Made by a program: the position numbers and the translations under genes. This document shows positions 1 through 10,147 of a stretch of 64,000 bases of DNA, piece by piece. The notes under the pieces are model-generated. The model saw only the letters and a list, made by a program, of their open reading frames with translations. It ran no database searches and was not told the DNA's origin. Numbering within the stretch: position 1 is the first letter of the stretch; each line of letters begins with the position of its first letter. Source of the stretch: an uncultured Actinomycetes bacterium (GTDB lineage Bacteria; Actinomycetota; UBA4738; HRBIN12); NCBI GenBank assembly GCA_963727185.1, contig CAVSFP010000023.1:576581-640580 (forward strand), read 5' to 3'.

Positions 1-885
1 ATCCTCCACCCGGTCCACGACCCAGCCGCGCCGGCCGAGGACGCGACCCCCGCGGACGAAGAACACCTGGAACGCCGCCTCCAGGTCGTCCTCGGCCACA
101 CCGACCACGTCGAGGTCCTCCGGTTGCGTGAGCACCATCTCCTGGGTCTCCATGGCGCGGCGCGCGGCGGCGAGCTGGTCCCGGAGCTTGGCGGCCTGCT
201 CGTACTCCTGGCGCCCGGCCGCCTCCCGCATCTCGCGGTCCAACCGTGCGATGACCGGCTTGGTGTTGCCGCCCAGGAAATCGCTGAGCGCGTCGACGTC
301 GGCGCGGTACGACTCCTCGGTGACGCCCGTGGCCGAGGGAACGCACGGCCCGGAGCAGCGACCGATGTCGTAGTACAGGCACGGCCTGCCGGCCCTGGCC
401 CGCGAGTCGAAGAACGAGTTCGTGCAGGTACGTACCGGGAAGACGCGGGTGAGGGCGTCGAGCGTGTCGCGGATCGCCCACGCGTGGCCGTACGGTCCGA
501 AGTACCGGACGTTCTTGCGCTTGGCGCCCCGCATGACCTGCGCGCGCGGCCAGGTCTCCCCCACGGTCAGCGCCAGGAACGGGTAGGACTTGTCGTCGCG
601 GTACCGGATGTTGAACCGGGGCCGATGCCGCTGGATCAGGTTGTACTCGAGCATCAGCGCGTCGACCTCGCCGGAGGCGAGCATCCATTCGACGGTCTCG
701 GCGGCCTCCATCATGGCCGCCGTCCGGGGATGCAGCGGCTTGCCCCAATAGCTGGCCAGGCGCTTGCGGAGGGATCCGGCCTTGCCGACGTACACGACGC
801 GACCGTCACCGTCGCGGAAGAGGTACGCGCCCGGCGCGTCGGGGATGCTCGACGTGTCCGGTCGGAGGAGGCTCACGACCGTCAT
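1..885 (-). CDS. uvrC: excinuclease ABC subunit C, N-terminal 295 codons (rest of gene lies left of the window)
   Basis: Open at the window edge, so absent from the ORF track. My reverse translation from ATG 885 gives MTVVSLLRPDTSSIPDAPGAYLFRDGDGRVVYVGKAGSLRKRLASYW...LEYNLIQRHRPRFNIRYRDDKSYP (GIY-YIG nuclease), then QEYEQAAKLRDQLAAARRA (UVR domain). In-frame GTG 876 is an alternative leaderless start. Confidence 0.9.
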   Translation of the reverse strand, partial: MTVVSLLRPDTSSIPDAPGAYLFRDGDGRVVYVGKAGSLRKRLASYWGKPLHPRTAAMMEAAETVEWMLASGEVDALMLEYNLIQRHRPRFNIRYRDDKSYPFLALTVGETWPRAQVMRGAKRKNVRYFGPYGHAWAIRDTLDALTRVFPVRTCTNSFFDSRARAGRPCLYYDIGRCSGPCVPSATGVTEESYRADVDALSDFLGGNTKPVIARLDREMREAAGRQEYEQAAKLRDQLAAARRAMETQEMVLTQPEDLDVVGVAEDDLEAAFQVFFVRGGRVLGRRGWVVDRVED

Positions 886-905
886 TCTAGGGTCGGATGC
901 CGACC
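884..905 (-). promoter_or_regulatory. candidate promoter GGTCGGCA-N8-TAGAAT, 7 nt upstream of GTG 876
   Basis: Minus-strand read: GGTCGGCA TCCGACCC TAGAAT GACGGTC GTG. Same geometry as the uvrA and uvrB sites. The -10 overlaps ATG 885. Confidence 0.4.
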
Positions 906-921
906 CGACCCGCAGCGCGCC

Positions 922-1572
922 CTACTTGATAGTGAGCGTTCCGTTCATGGTCGTGGGGTGGACGTCGCACTGGTAGTAGTAGGTCCCGGCCGGCTGCCCC
1001 GGCACGTCCAGCAGCACCTGTGCCACCCCCGTGATGATGTTCGCGGCGGCGATGGACGTACCGGCCGGGGGCACCTTGTCGAACACGTCGATGTTGTGCT
1101 GCACGCCTGTGTCTTGGTTGTCGAAGCAGATGGTGATCGGGGTGTTCGCCGAGGCGGTCAACGTGGTCTCGGCGAACCCGCTCACCGCGGCTCCCGACGG
1201 CGCGGTGAGCGAGAGCCCGCCTTTCGGACAGGTCGGCGCCACTGACGGCGAGGTCGGCGACGGCGGCGCCGTCGTCGGGCTCGGCTGGGCGATCAAGACG
1301 TCGGTCGCGTCTCCCAGGATGCCCACCATCAGGTTCTGATCCTCGAGCGCGTACCAGGCCAGGAACACCCGAGAGCCGTCCGAGGTGACGGCGAGCGACG
1401 GGAACGCCCCGCCTTCGGTGCCCGATGTGGCGATCGCCTTGAACGACGAGCCGTTCGCGCCGCTCGCCAGGTGTACGCTCGCGTCGGCGAGCGCGTACCA
1501 CGCGACGTAGACGGTGCCGTCGTCCGTCACGGACACGCCGGTCGTCTCCGCCTGGTTACCGGTACCCGTCAC
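922..1572 (-). CDS. cupredoxin (type-1 copper, plastocyanin/amicyanin-like) domain ORF; probably the displaced C-terminus of the 1569..2621 lipoprotein
   Basis: Sensible tail of track ORF 922..2571: ...[25 protein letters not shown]...[21 protein letters not shown]...[21 protein letters not shown] (His plus Cys-x2-His-x3-Met ligand pattern). GTG 1572 overlaps the upstream TGA as GTGA. It has no signal peptide of its own. Confidence 0.7.
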   Translation of the reverse strand: MTGTGNQAETTGVSVTDDGTVYVAWYALADASVHLASGANGSSFKAIATSGTEGGAFPSLAVTSDGSRVFLAWYALEDQNLMVGILGDATDVLIAQPSPTTAPPSPTSPSVAPTCPKGGLSLTAPSGAAVSGFAETTLTASANTPITICFDNQDTGVQHNIDVFDKVPPAGTSIAAANIITGVAQVLLDVPGQPAGTYYYQCDVHPTTMNGTLTIK

Positions 1573-2621
1573 CCGGAATCCGCGTCGGCCACCTTGGAGG
1601 TGGTCCACGCGGAACCCGAGGTCGTGGCGACGTTCACGGCTCCGTCTCCGGTGTAGTACGTGACCCACGGCGTTCCGTTCGCGTCCACCGCGACCGACAG
1701 GCCGGAGGGCGTGATGCCGGTCTGCACGGTCTCGGTCGACCACGTGGAGCCGGTGAGGCGAGCAGCCATCACGGCGCCGGCCGCACCGTTGACGTAGACG
1801 ACGAGCGGACCCCCGGCATCGACGGCGATCGGTGCGGGGCCCGACCGGCGGCAGCCCAGACACGGGGCGATCGTGGCGGCGGTCTGGGTGGTCCACTTGT
1901 TGCCGTTCGTGGTGGCGACGCGGATGTCTTGTCCGTTGGCCGTGTCGATGGCGTACGCGACCAACGGCTGACCGCTGTCGTTCAACGTCACCGACGGCCG
2001 TCCGAGCGGCCCCGAATGGGAGAGCGGCGGCTTCCACGTTTCGATCGCCGTCGCACTCCCCTTGAACGATGCGGTGCCGCTTGCGTACCAGATGCCGTCC
2101 CGGCCCGCCCAGACGACGTGCTTGCCGCCGTTCGCGTCGATCGCGATGTCGGTGCCGTTCGTGTTGTCGGGCGTGGCGCCGACCAGGCCGTCGACCGTGT
2201 CGGGGTCGTACGGGACGATGATGCCGGTCGGACTGTCGATGACCTGCGCGGCGGCACCGCGGGTCCAGATCCCGTCGGAGCTCACGCTCGCGACGCCGAC
2301 CGCCGCCCCGTCCTTGGGTTTGTCGCCGCCCGTCGTGATGAACGGCGCACCCAGCGGCCTGGGGATGGGGATCGCGCCGGGCAGCGGCTTCGCGGGGAAG
2401 ATGAAGTAGGAGACGTACGGGACGCCGTCCTTGTCGAGGGCGACGGCGTCGCCCAACCCCGCGTCGTCCAGGTGATCGGCGACGTACGGAACGAACTCCT
2501 TGCCACTGCCGAAGTTGACCTCTGCTTGCGGGAGGTTGCTGCAGGCACCCGCGAGGAGGGCTGCCGCGCACGTCAAGATCAGCAAGCGCTTGGACACGTC
2601 GGCGGGAATCCTAGCAAGCAT
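1569..2621 (-). CDS. lipoprotein with beta-propeller-like repeats
   Basis: Last 351 codons of track ORF 1569..5507. ATG 2621 gives [27 protein letters not shown] (lipobox). Repeats: [54 protein letters not shown]. Confidence 0.75.
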   Translation of the reverse strand: MLARIPADVSKRLLILTCAAALLAGACSNLPQAEVNFGSGKEFVPYVADHLDDAGLGDAVALDKDGVPYVSYFIFPAKPLPGAIPIPRPLGAPFITTGGDKPKDGAAVGVASVSSDGIWTRGAAAQVIDSPTGIIVPYDPDTVDGLVGATPDNTNGTDIAIDANGGKHVVWAGRDGIWYASGTASFKGSATAIETWKPPLSHSGPLGRPSVTLNDSGQPLVAYAIDTANGQDIRVATTNGNKWTTQTAATIAPCLGCRRSGPAPIAVDAGGPLVVYVNGAAGAVMAARLTGSTWSTETVQTGITPSGLSVAVDANGTPWVTYYTGDGAVNVATTSGSAWTTSKVADADSG

Positions 2622-2623
2622 CG

Positions 2624-5507
2624 TCAGCCGTGGGGCACAAGCTGCAATGCATCCTCTTCGGCATCTTCGACCGCTGGACGGCCGAGGACCTCGGCGAGGA
2701 ACCGGCCCGTGTGCGAGTCCGGGGAAGGCGGCGATCTGCTCGGGCGTGCCGGCCGCGACCAGCCGTCCACCCATGTCCCCGCCCTCGGGCCCGAGGTCGA
2801 TGATCCAGTCCGCCGTCTTGACCACATCCAGGTTGTGCTCGATGACCAGGACGGTGTTCCCGGTCGCGACCAGGCGCTGCAGCACACCGAGCAGCTTGCG
2901 TATGTCCTCGAAGTGCAGACCGGTGGTCGGTTCGTCCAGGACGTAGATGGTGTTGCCGGTGGCGCGCTTGTGGAGCTCGGACGACAGCTTGATGCGCTGC
3001 GCTTCGCCGCCCGAGAGCGTCGGGGCCGGCTGCCCCAGCTTGATGTAGCCCAAGCCGACGTCGGAGAGCGTCTGCATGTGCCGGTGGATCGGCGGGATGT
3101 TCCGGAAGAACTCCAAGGCCTCCTCGACGCTCATCTCCAGGACGTCGGAGATGGAGCGCCCCTTGTACTTCACCTCTAGGGTCTCGCGGTTGTACCGCCG
3201 GCCCTTGCAGACCTCGCACGTCACGTAGACGTCGGGCAGGAAGTGCATCTCGATCTTGATCTGCCCGTCGCCCGCGCAGTTCTCGCATCGTCCGCCCCGC
3301 ACGTTGAACGAGAACCGGCCCGGCTGGAACCCACGGATGCGTGCATCGGGCACCTGCGCGAACAGCTTGCGGATGTGGTCGAAGACGCCGGTGTACGTGG
3401 CCGGGTTCGACCGGGGGGTCCGGCCGATCGGCGACTGGTCGATGTCGATGACCTTGTCCAGTTGCTCCCAGCCCGTCATGCGCTTGAGCGTGCCGGGGAG
3501 CAGGCGCGAGCGGTACAGCTTCTGCATCAACGCCCGGAGCATCACGTCCTGGACCAGCGTCGACTTGCCGCTGCCGGAAACCCCAGTGACGCAGACGAAC
3601 AATCCCAACGGTATGTCGACGGTGATGTTCTGCAGGTTGTGCTCGCGAACGCCCTCCAGCCGGAGCACGCCCTTGCCGGGAGACCTGCGCACCTGGGGTG
3701 TCGGTATCTGACGTCGACCGGACAGGTACGCGCCGGTGATGGATCGCTCTTCTTCGAGCAGCCCCTTCAGGTCGCCCGTGTAGACGATCTCGCCGCCGAG
3801 CTCGCCCGCGAGCGGCCCGATATCGACGATGTGGTCGGCCTCCATGATGGTCGCTTCGTCGTGCTCGACGACGATCAGGGTGTTGCCCAGGTCTCGCAGG
3901 CGCAGCAACGTGTCGATCAGCCGCCGGTTGTCGCGCTGGTGCAGTCCGATCGAGGGTTCGTCCAGGATGTAGAGGACGCCGACGAGACCGCTCCCGATCT
4001 GCGTCGCCAGACGGATCCGTTGCGCCTCGCCGCCGGCGAGCGTCCCGGCGGCCCGACCGAGGCTCAGGTAGTCGAGCCCGACGTCCATGAGGAAGCCCAG
4101 GCGCGCCCGGATCTCCTTCAACAGGCGCTCCGCGATCATGTGCTCGCGCTCGGACAGCTCCATCCCATCGATGAACGCGAGCGTGTCGCGGATGGCCTTC
4201 TCGGTGAGCTGCGAGATGTTGAGCCCTCCGACCGTGACGGCCAGGCTCTCGGCACGGAGACGGTACCCCTTGCACGTGCGGCACGGGATCTCGCGCATGA
4301 ATTGCTCGAGCTTCTCGCGGGCCGCGTCCGAATCCGTCTCGGCGTGCCGCCGTTCGATGTTGGGGAGCACGCCCTCGTAGGTGGTGTGGTACGCGCGCTG
4401 GCGGTTGTACCGGTTCTTGTACCGGACGAACACCTCCTCGTCCGAGCCGTAGAGCACGACGTCGCGCGCGGCCTTCGGGAGCTTCTTCCACGGCGTATCC
4501 AGCGAGAACCCGTGCGCCTCGGCCACGGCTTCGAGCACGCGGTACCAGTATTCGAGCGTGTTGCTCGCCCACGGCGCGATCGCCCCTTCGTTGATCGTGA
4601 GATCGACGTCGGGGACGACGAGTTCCGCGTCCACCTCCAGCCGCACCCCGAGCCCGTCGCACGTCTGGCACGCGCCGTACGGTGAGTTGAACGAGAAGTT
4701 CCGAGGCGCCAGCTCGTCGAACGACAACCCGCAGAACGTGCACGCGAGCGCCTGGGAGAAGTTCTGGATCTCCTCTCCCCCGTCGTGCGTCTGCACCGCG
4801 ATGGCCGCGATCCCCTCGGCGAGCTCGAGCGCCGTCTCGAGGGAGTCGGCGACACGGCGCCGGATGTCGGGCTTGGCGACCAGGCGGTCGACCACGACCT
4901 CGATCGTGTGCTTGAAGTTCTTGGGCAAACGGATCGGCTCGGACAGCTCCCGCACCTCGCCGTCGATCCGGGCCCGGGGGAACCCCTTTCGCGCCAGGTC
5001 GCCGAGCAGTTTCTCGTACTCCCCCTTCCGTCCCCTGACCATGGGCGCCAGGACCTGGAACTTGGTCCCCTCGGGGAGCTCCATGACCTGGTCGACGATC
5101 TGCTCCGGCGTCTGCCGGCCGATCGGGCGGCCGCAGTTCGTGCAGTGCGGGTGGCCCACACGGGCGAACAGCACCCGGAGGTAGTCGTAGACCTCGGTGA
5201 TCGTTCCAACGGTCGAACGCGGGTTCCGGCTGGTCGACTTCTGGTCGATCGAGATGGCCGGCGAGAGCCCCTCGATGAAGTCGACGTCGGGCTTCTCCAT
5301 CTGTCCCAGGAACTGCCGGGCGTACGACGACAACGACTCCACGTACCGACGCTGGCCCTCGGCGTAGATCGTGTCGAAGGCGAGCGAGGACTTCCCGGAG
5401 CCGGACAGCCCCGTGAACACGATGAGCTGGTCACGGGGGAGGTCGAGCGTGACGTTCCTCAGGTTGTGCTCACGGGCGCCGTGGATGACGAGCCGTTCGG
5501 TGCCCAC
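2624..5507 (-). CDS. uvrA: excinuclease ABC subunit A; last ~30 codons lie in another frame as sequenced (break near 2722-2725)
   Basis: GTG 5507 gives [55 protein letters not shown]..., with two ABC ATPase modules. The canonical C-terminus [14 protein letters not shown]...PHG-stop is in track ORF 2624..2887. Confidence 0.95.
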
Positions 5508-5513
5508 CGGCCC

Positions 5514-5535
5514 AGTGTAGTGGCGACGCGTGACA
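5514..5535 (-). promoter_or_regulatory. candidate damage-type promoter TGTCACGC-N8-TACACT, 6 nt upstream of the uvrA GTG (leaderless)
   Basis: Minus-strand read: GGCG TGTCACGC GTCGCCAC TACACT GGGCCG GTG(5507). Confidence 0.5.
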
Positions 5536-5550
5536 CGCCCTCATCCGGGC

Positions 5551-6054
5551 TCAGTCGACGGCGCTCCGCCTTGCCCTGGAACGTATCGCGAGCGTCACGA
5601 CCCCCGAGGCCAGGCCCACGCCCGCGGCGGCCAACCCCCACCCGATGCCGTGCAGGTCCAGGCCGAGGGTGTGATCGACGCTGAACCGGCCCGGCCCAGT
5701 GAACGCGATACCCGCCGCGACGACGGCGAGCGTCAACGGGTACTCGTAGCCGCCGTTCGTGGCCCAGATCCCCTTCGGCCAGTGGACGCTCACGACCGCG
5801 TTGAGCATGACGCCGATGATCGCCGCGCACCCGAGCGGCGTGAGGAAGCCGAGCGCCAGCAACAGCCCCCCACCCGCCTCGCCGAACCCTGCGAGGAACG
5901 CGAACACCGCCCCGGGCCGGTAGCCGTTCGACGCGAAGCCGGTCCCGGTGGCGGCCAGCCCTCTCCCGCCGAACCACCCGAACAGCTTCTGGGTGCCGTG
6001 CCCGATCAGCAGCGCACCCGGGACCACGCGCACCAGCACGAGCCCGACGTTCAC
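5551..6054 (-). CDS. DoxX family membrane protein
   Basis: Tail of track ORF 5551..6786: ...LVRVVPGALLIGHGTQKLFGWFGGRGLAATG..., several hydrophobic segments. GTG 6054 is preceded by GGAAGGAG plus 5 nt. ATG 6111 is the longest alternative start. Confidence 0.8.
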   Translation of the reverse strand: MNVGLVLVRVVPGALLIGHGTQKLFGWFGGRGLAATGTGFASNGYRPGAVFAFLAGFGEAGGGLLLALGFLTPLGCAAIIGVMLNAVVSVHWPKGIWATNGGYEYPLTLAVVAAGIAFTGPGRFSVDHTLGLDLHGIGWGLAAAGVGLASGVVTLAIRSRARRSAVD

Positions 6055-6123
6055 GGTCGCTCCTTCCGTCACGGTCAGTATCCCCGGCGGAGCCGCGGGT
6101 GATTCCGGCATATCCTGTGCGGC

Positions 6124-8112
6124 GTGGAACGAGATCTCCGTGAGACGCCGCTGTACCGCGAGGTCGAATCGTTCTACCGGCGCGCCCTCGAACCGGGGTT
6201 CGGCTCGATCGCCGATCCGAGCGACCTGCAGCCATCGCCCGACTGCCGCTGGATCGCGTTCCGCGGGGAACGCCGGGTCGCGCTGGAGGGTCACCCGGAA
6301 GGACGGATCTGCCTCGTCGGTGTCGACGGCTCGGACCTGCGGCAGGTGACGAACGGACCCCACGACGACGACCAGCCCCGGTGGTCGCCGGATGGCGGAA
6401 CGCTCACGTTCCGGTCCGACCGAGCCATCGCGGGCCGGCACCAGCTGTATCGATTGACCGCCGACGCGATCGGCGAGGCGCAGCCGCTCCCGGCCGTCGA
6501 CGGCGTCGCCGAGCAGCACGCATGGTCGCCCGACGGCACCCGGATCCTGGTCGTCGTGGCCGGGCTCGAGGCGGAGCAGTCCGATGCGGTCGGCTCCGGG
6601 ACCATCGCGGCCTCCGATGAGATGCCCGCGTGGATCCCGGAGGTCGAGTCGACGGATCGAGCCGGACGACATGCGACGGGGTCTCTGCACGATCGACGTC
6701 GCGACGGGAGCGGTCGCTCCCGTCGGTCGACCCGAGCTGAACGTCTGGGAGGCGAGCTGGTGCGGGCACGATCGGATCGCGGCCATCGTCTCGGACGACT
6801 CCGGGTGAGGGCGCGTGGTACGGCGCGCGACTCGTGGTCATCGACCTGGCGTCCGGACTCGACCGAACGCTCCTGGAGAGCGACATCCAGCTCGGCTGGG
6901 TCAACGGCTCTCCGAACGGCACCAGGCTGGCGGTCGTCGAAGCGCTCTGCAGCGATCGACTCGTCGTGGCCGGCGAGCTGTTGCTGGTGGACCCGGTCGA
7001 CGGCGACGTCGTGCGGGTGGTGACGTCGCACGTCGACGTGGCCGGACTCGCGTGGCGGGACCAGGAGCGACTCCTGGCGATCGGCGTCCGCGACCTGGAC
7101 TCGGTGGTGCTGGACGTCGACGCGAAGACCGGCACGGCCACGGAGCGCTGGGCGACGGAAGACGCGTGCGGCGTCCTCTTCATCGCCGCTGCACCCGTCG
7201 ACGATGACTTCGCGCTGGTGCTGCAGTCGGCGACCCGGCCACCGGAGATGGTCGTCGTGGATGAGGTCGGGACCGATCGGACGGTCGTGCACACGACCCA
7301 TGAAGGGACGGACCTGATCCGCTCGAGCATCGGGTCGCGGACCCGCGTGTCGTGGGAGGCGCCGGACGGACTGCCGATCAGCGGGCTCCTGACCGTGCCC
7401 GAAGGCGAACCACCGTTCCCGCTGATCCTCACGGTCCACGGCGGACCGGTGTGGGCGTATCAGGACTTCTGGCCCGGACCGTTCGGCGCGTTGCTCGCGA
7501 CTCGGGGCTACGCGACCCTCATGGCGAACCCGCGCGGCTCGTGGGGCCGCGGTCGGGACTTCGCGGCGCGGGTCGTAGGCGATATGGGCGGCGCGGACGC
7601 CCAGGACCTGCTCGCCGGCCTCGATCACGTCGTCTCGTCTGGGGATCGCCGATCCCGACCGCCTGGGGATCACCGGCGGAAGCTACGGCGGGTTCATGTC
7701 CGCGTGGCTCCCGTGCATCGATCCCCGTTTCCGCGCCGCGGCGGCGCTCTCGCCCGTCACCGACTGGTACTCGGAACGGTTCGACAGCAACCTCGGGACG
7801 TGGACGGCCGACTTCCTGGGTGGTGATCCCGTCACCCGCGAGGCGCACTACCGCGAACGGAGCCCTGTTTTCGCCGCCGGCTGGAACCGCACCCCGACGC
7901 TCCTCACGGCGGGGTCGCGCGACCGGGCCACGCCCACCGGACAGGCGATCGAGTTCCATCACGCCCTCCGGGAGCACGGCGTTCCGACGGAGGTCGTCGT
8001 CTATCCACTGGAAGGCCACGGCGTCCGCGACCTGCCGGCGGGGATCGACCTCGCGACCCGCCTGGTGGCCTGGTTCGAGCGGTACATGCCGCCGGGCACG
8101 GGCGCTCGATAG
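6124..8112 (+). pseudogene. S9 family serine peptidase (propeller plus alpha/beta hydrolase), split over four frames as sequenced
   Basis: Pieces are 6124-~6654 (frame 1, WSPDG propeller motifs), ~6655-6805 (frame 2), 6807-~7641 (frame 3, ...LILTVHGGPVWAY...) and ~7642-8112 (frame 1, GITGGSYGGFMS nucleophile elbow, SRDRATP, EGHGV). Confidence 0.85.
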
Positions 8113-8122
8113 TCTTGGGCGC

Positions 8123-8404
8123 ATGACCACCCGCGAAGACCTCGAGCAACTGTCGACGAAAGAGCTCCACGACCGCTCCATCGAGCGCGCCAAGCACCAC
8201 CTGGACGTGGGGTTCCTCTGGGAGCTGGTGAAGGCCCTCCCGGTCGCGGAGGAAGTGGTCGGCGACGACGAGCGCAGCAAGATCGACATCGCTCGGCCGC
8301 TCGCATTGCTCAACGACGTCCTCTACGACTCGGACTCCGGGAAGCTCGGAGAAGCCCTACGCCCGATGTACATCGACTACCTCGAGGAACACGCCGACGG
8401 TTGA
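8123..8404 (+). CDS. hypothetical acidic 93-aa protein
   Basis: ATG 8123 within track ORF 7352..8404: MTTREDLEQLSTKELHDRSIERAKHHLDVGFLWELVKALP... Natural-looking composition. No family recognised. Confidence 0.55.
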   Translation: MTTREDLEQLSTKELHDRSIERAKHHLDVGFLWELVKALPVAEEVVGDDERSKIDIARPLALLNDVLYDSDSGKLGEALRPMYIDYLEEHADG

Positions 8405-9537
8405 GCGCCCGCTCCCGTCCTACCGGGACAGTTCCCCGTCCTCGAACGCAAGACGTACCTGATCAGCGCGTCACTCGGACTGGTGTCGAACCGTTCGCAG
8501 GCCTACCTCGCCGAGTACATGGATGCGTGGGCGTCCAAGGGCGCTCCCGATCACATATGGATCGAGGACATCTTTCCGCGCATGGCGTCGTTGAAGTCGT
8601 CGTTCGCCGAACTGGCGGGCTGCGACGCGGATGAGCTCGCCATCACGACGAACATCTCGGTCGCGCTCGGGACGATCGCATCGTGCTTGGGCTTCTCGGG
8701 TGTTCGGCGGCGCGTGATCCTGTCCGAGCTGGACTTCCCGACGGACGGCCACGTGTGGCTCGCGCAGGAGCGGCGGGGCGCCGAGCTCGTCTGGCTGAAG
8801 TCGCAGGACGGTCTGACGATCCCGCTGGAGGCGTACGACGCCGCGATCGACGAGCGGACGGCGGTCGTGATGATGAACCGGGTCCTCTACCGATCGAGCG
8901 CGATCACGGACGCGAAGACGATCTGCGCGATCGCGGCGCGCTGTCGTTCGTGGACGACTATCACGGCATCGGCATCGTGCCGCTCGACCTGCACGACCTC
9001 GGCTGCGACCTGTACACGGCGGGCACGCTCAAGTGGCTCCTCGGCGGACCGGGCACGGCGTTCCTCTACGCGAGACGAGAACTGCTCCCGACGCTGGAGC
9101 CGGCCGTCACCGGGTGGTTCGCGACGCGCGAGCCGTTCTCGTTCGACAACCAGCACCTCGACTACCACCCGACGGCTCGGCGGTTGGAGCACGGAACGCC
9201 GCCCGCGCCCGTGTTCTTCATCGCGCAGGGTGGGCTCGACATCATCTGCGAGGTCACCCCCAAGAGGATCCGGGAGCGCCAGGGAGACCTAACCGAGCAC
9301 GTCATCGCCCGCGCGGACGAGGCGGAGCTCCCGGTGCGAACGCCGCGCGATCGCTCGGCCCGCGGCGGCGTCGTCAACGTGGGGGTCGGACCGGAAGCCG
9401 GCGCCATCTGCCACGCGCTGCTGGAACGCGACGTCTGCACGGACTATCGCGGCGACGGCCTGCGCATCAGCCCGCATTTCTTCAACGACGAGGCCGACAT
9501 CGACCGGTGTTTCGAGGAGCTCCGCGACCTGATCTAG
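8401..9537 (+). pseudogene. class-V aminotransferase-fold PLP enzyme, two frame breaks as sequenced
   Basis: TTG 8401 overlaps the upstream stop (TTGA). Conserved GQFPVLERKTYLISASLG...AYLAEYMDAW is in frame 2 from 8426. GALSFVDDYHGIGIVPLD...TLKWLLGGPGTAFLY (PLP lysine motif) returns to frame 1 after ~8935. Confidence 0.8.
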
Positions 9538-9767
9538 TCCGGCCGGGGTTCGTTCGACGGATCGCTCGTCGGTCGGTCGGGAACGTAGTGACGGTCCCCG
9601 ACGCGATCGAGCCACACGCGCATCAGCCGACCGGTGGATGGATCCCGGAAGACCTCATCGGTGCGTGACCAGTCACCGGCGGGGACCTGCGACTCGCCGT
9701 GGCGCCGATAGATGAGCACCACGACGACGAGCAGCACGACGAACGCGGCTATCAGCAGCCATCCCAT
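9534..9767 (-). CDS. small membrane protein (one N-terminal TM helix)
   Basis: MGWLLIAAFVVLLVVVVLIYRRHGES... The ATG lies 2 nt after the ybjQ-like stop, which suggests translational coupling. Confidence 0.55.
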   Translation of the reverse strand: MGWLLIAAFVVLLVVVVLIYRRHGESQVPAGDWSRTDEVFRDPSTGRLMRVWLDRVGDRHYVPDRPTSDPSNEPRPD

Positions 9768-9769
9768 CG

Positions 9770-10120
9770 CTAGGCATCCAGCGGAACGACGAGGACCGCG
9801 CTGCCGTACGCGACGATCTCGGTCAGCCCCTGACCGATCTCGGACGAGTCGAAGCGCATCGCGATCACCGCGTTCGCACCGAGCAGCCTCGCGTTCTCGA
9901 TCAGCCGGTCCATCGCGTGGCGCCTGCTGTCCTCGAGGAGTTCGGTGTACTCGGTCACTTCGCCCGCCGCCAGCGCGCGGAACCCTGCCGTGATGCCCTT
10001 GGCGATCCCCATGCTCCGCACGACCAGGCCGAACGTGGTTCCGAGATGCCGGTCGACGCGCACGCCGGGCAGGTCGAAGGCGGTGGTGACCGGGATGGCG
10101 AGCTGCTGTTCCGTCTCCAT
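9770..10120 (-). CDS. YbjQ/UPF0145 family protein
   Basis: METEQQLAIPVTTAFDLPGVRVDRHLGTTFGLVVRSMGIAKGITAGFRALAAGEVTEYTELLEDSRRHAMDRLIENARLLGANAVIAMRFDSS. Confidence 0.85.
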   Translation of the reverse strand: METEQQLAIPVTTAFDLPGVRVDRHLGTTFGLVVRSMGIAKGITAGFRALAAGEVTEYTELLEDSRRHAMDRLIENARLLGANAVIAMRFDSSEIGQGLTEIVAYGSAVLVVPLDA

Positions 10121-10147
10121 GTCGGCGAGTCTACGCCGGTGCCGGAG

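Noticed and set aside
1569-5507. A genuine 1312-aa UvrA-lipoprotein fusion protein.
   Set aside because: The conserved UvrA C-terminus and its stop exist in the adjacent frame. The downstream part starts with its own ATG and a lipoprotein signal peptide, which would be meaningless inside a cytoplasmic fusion.
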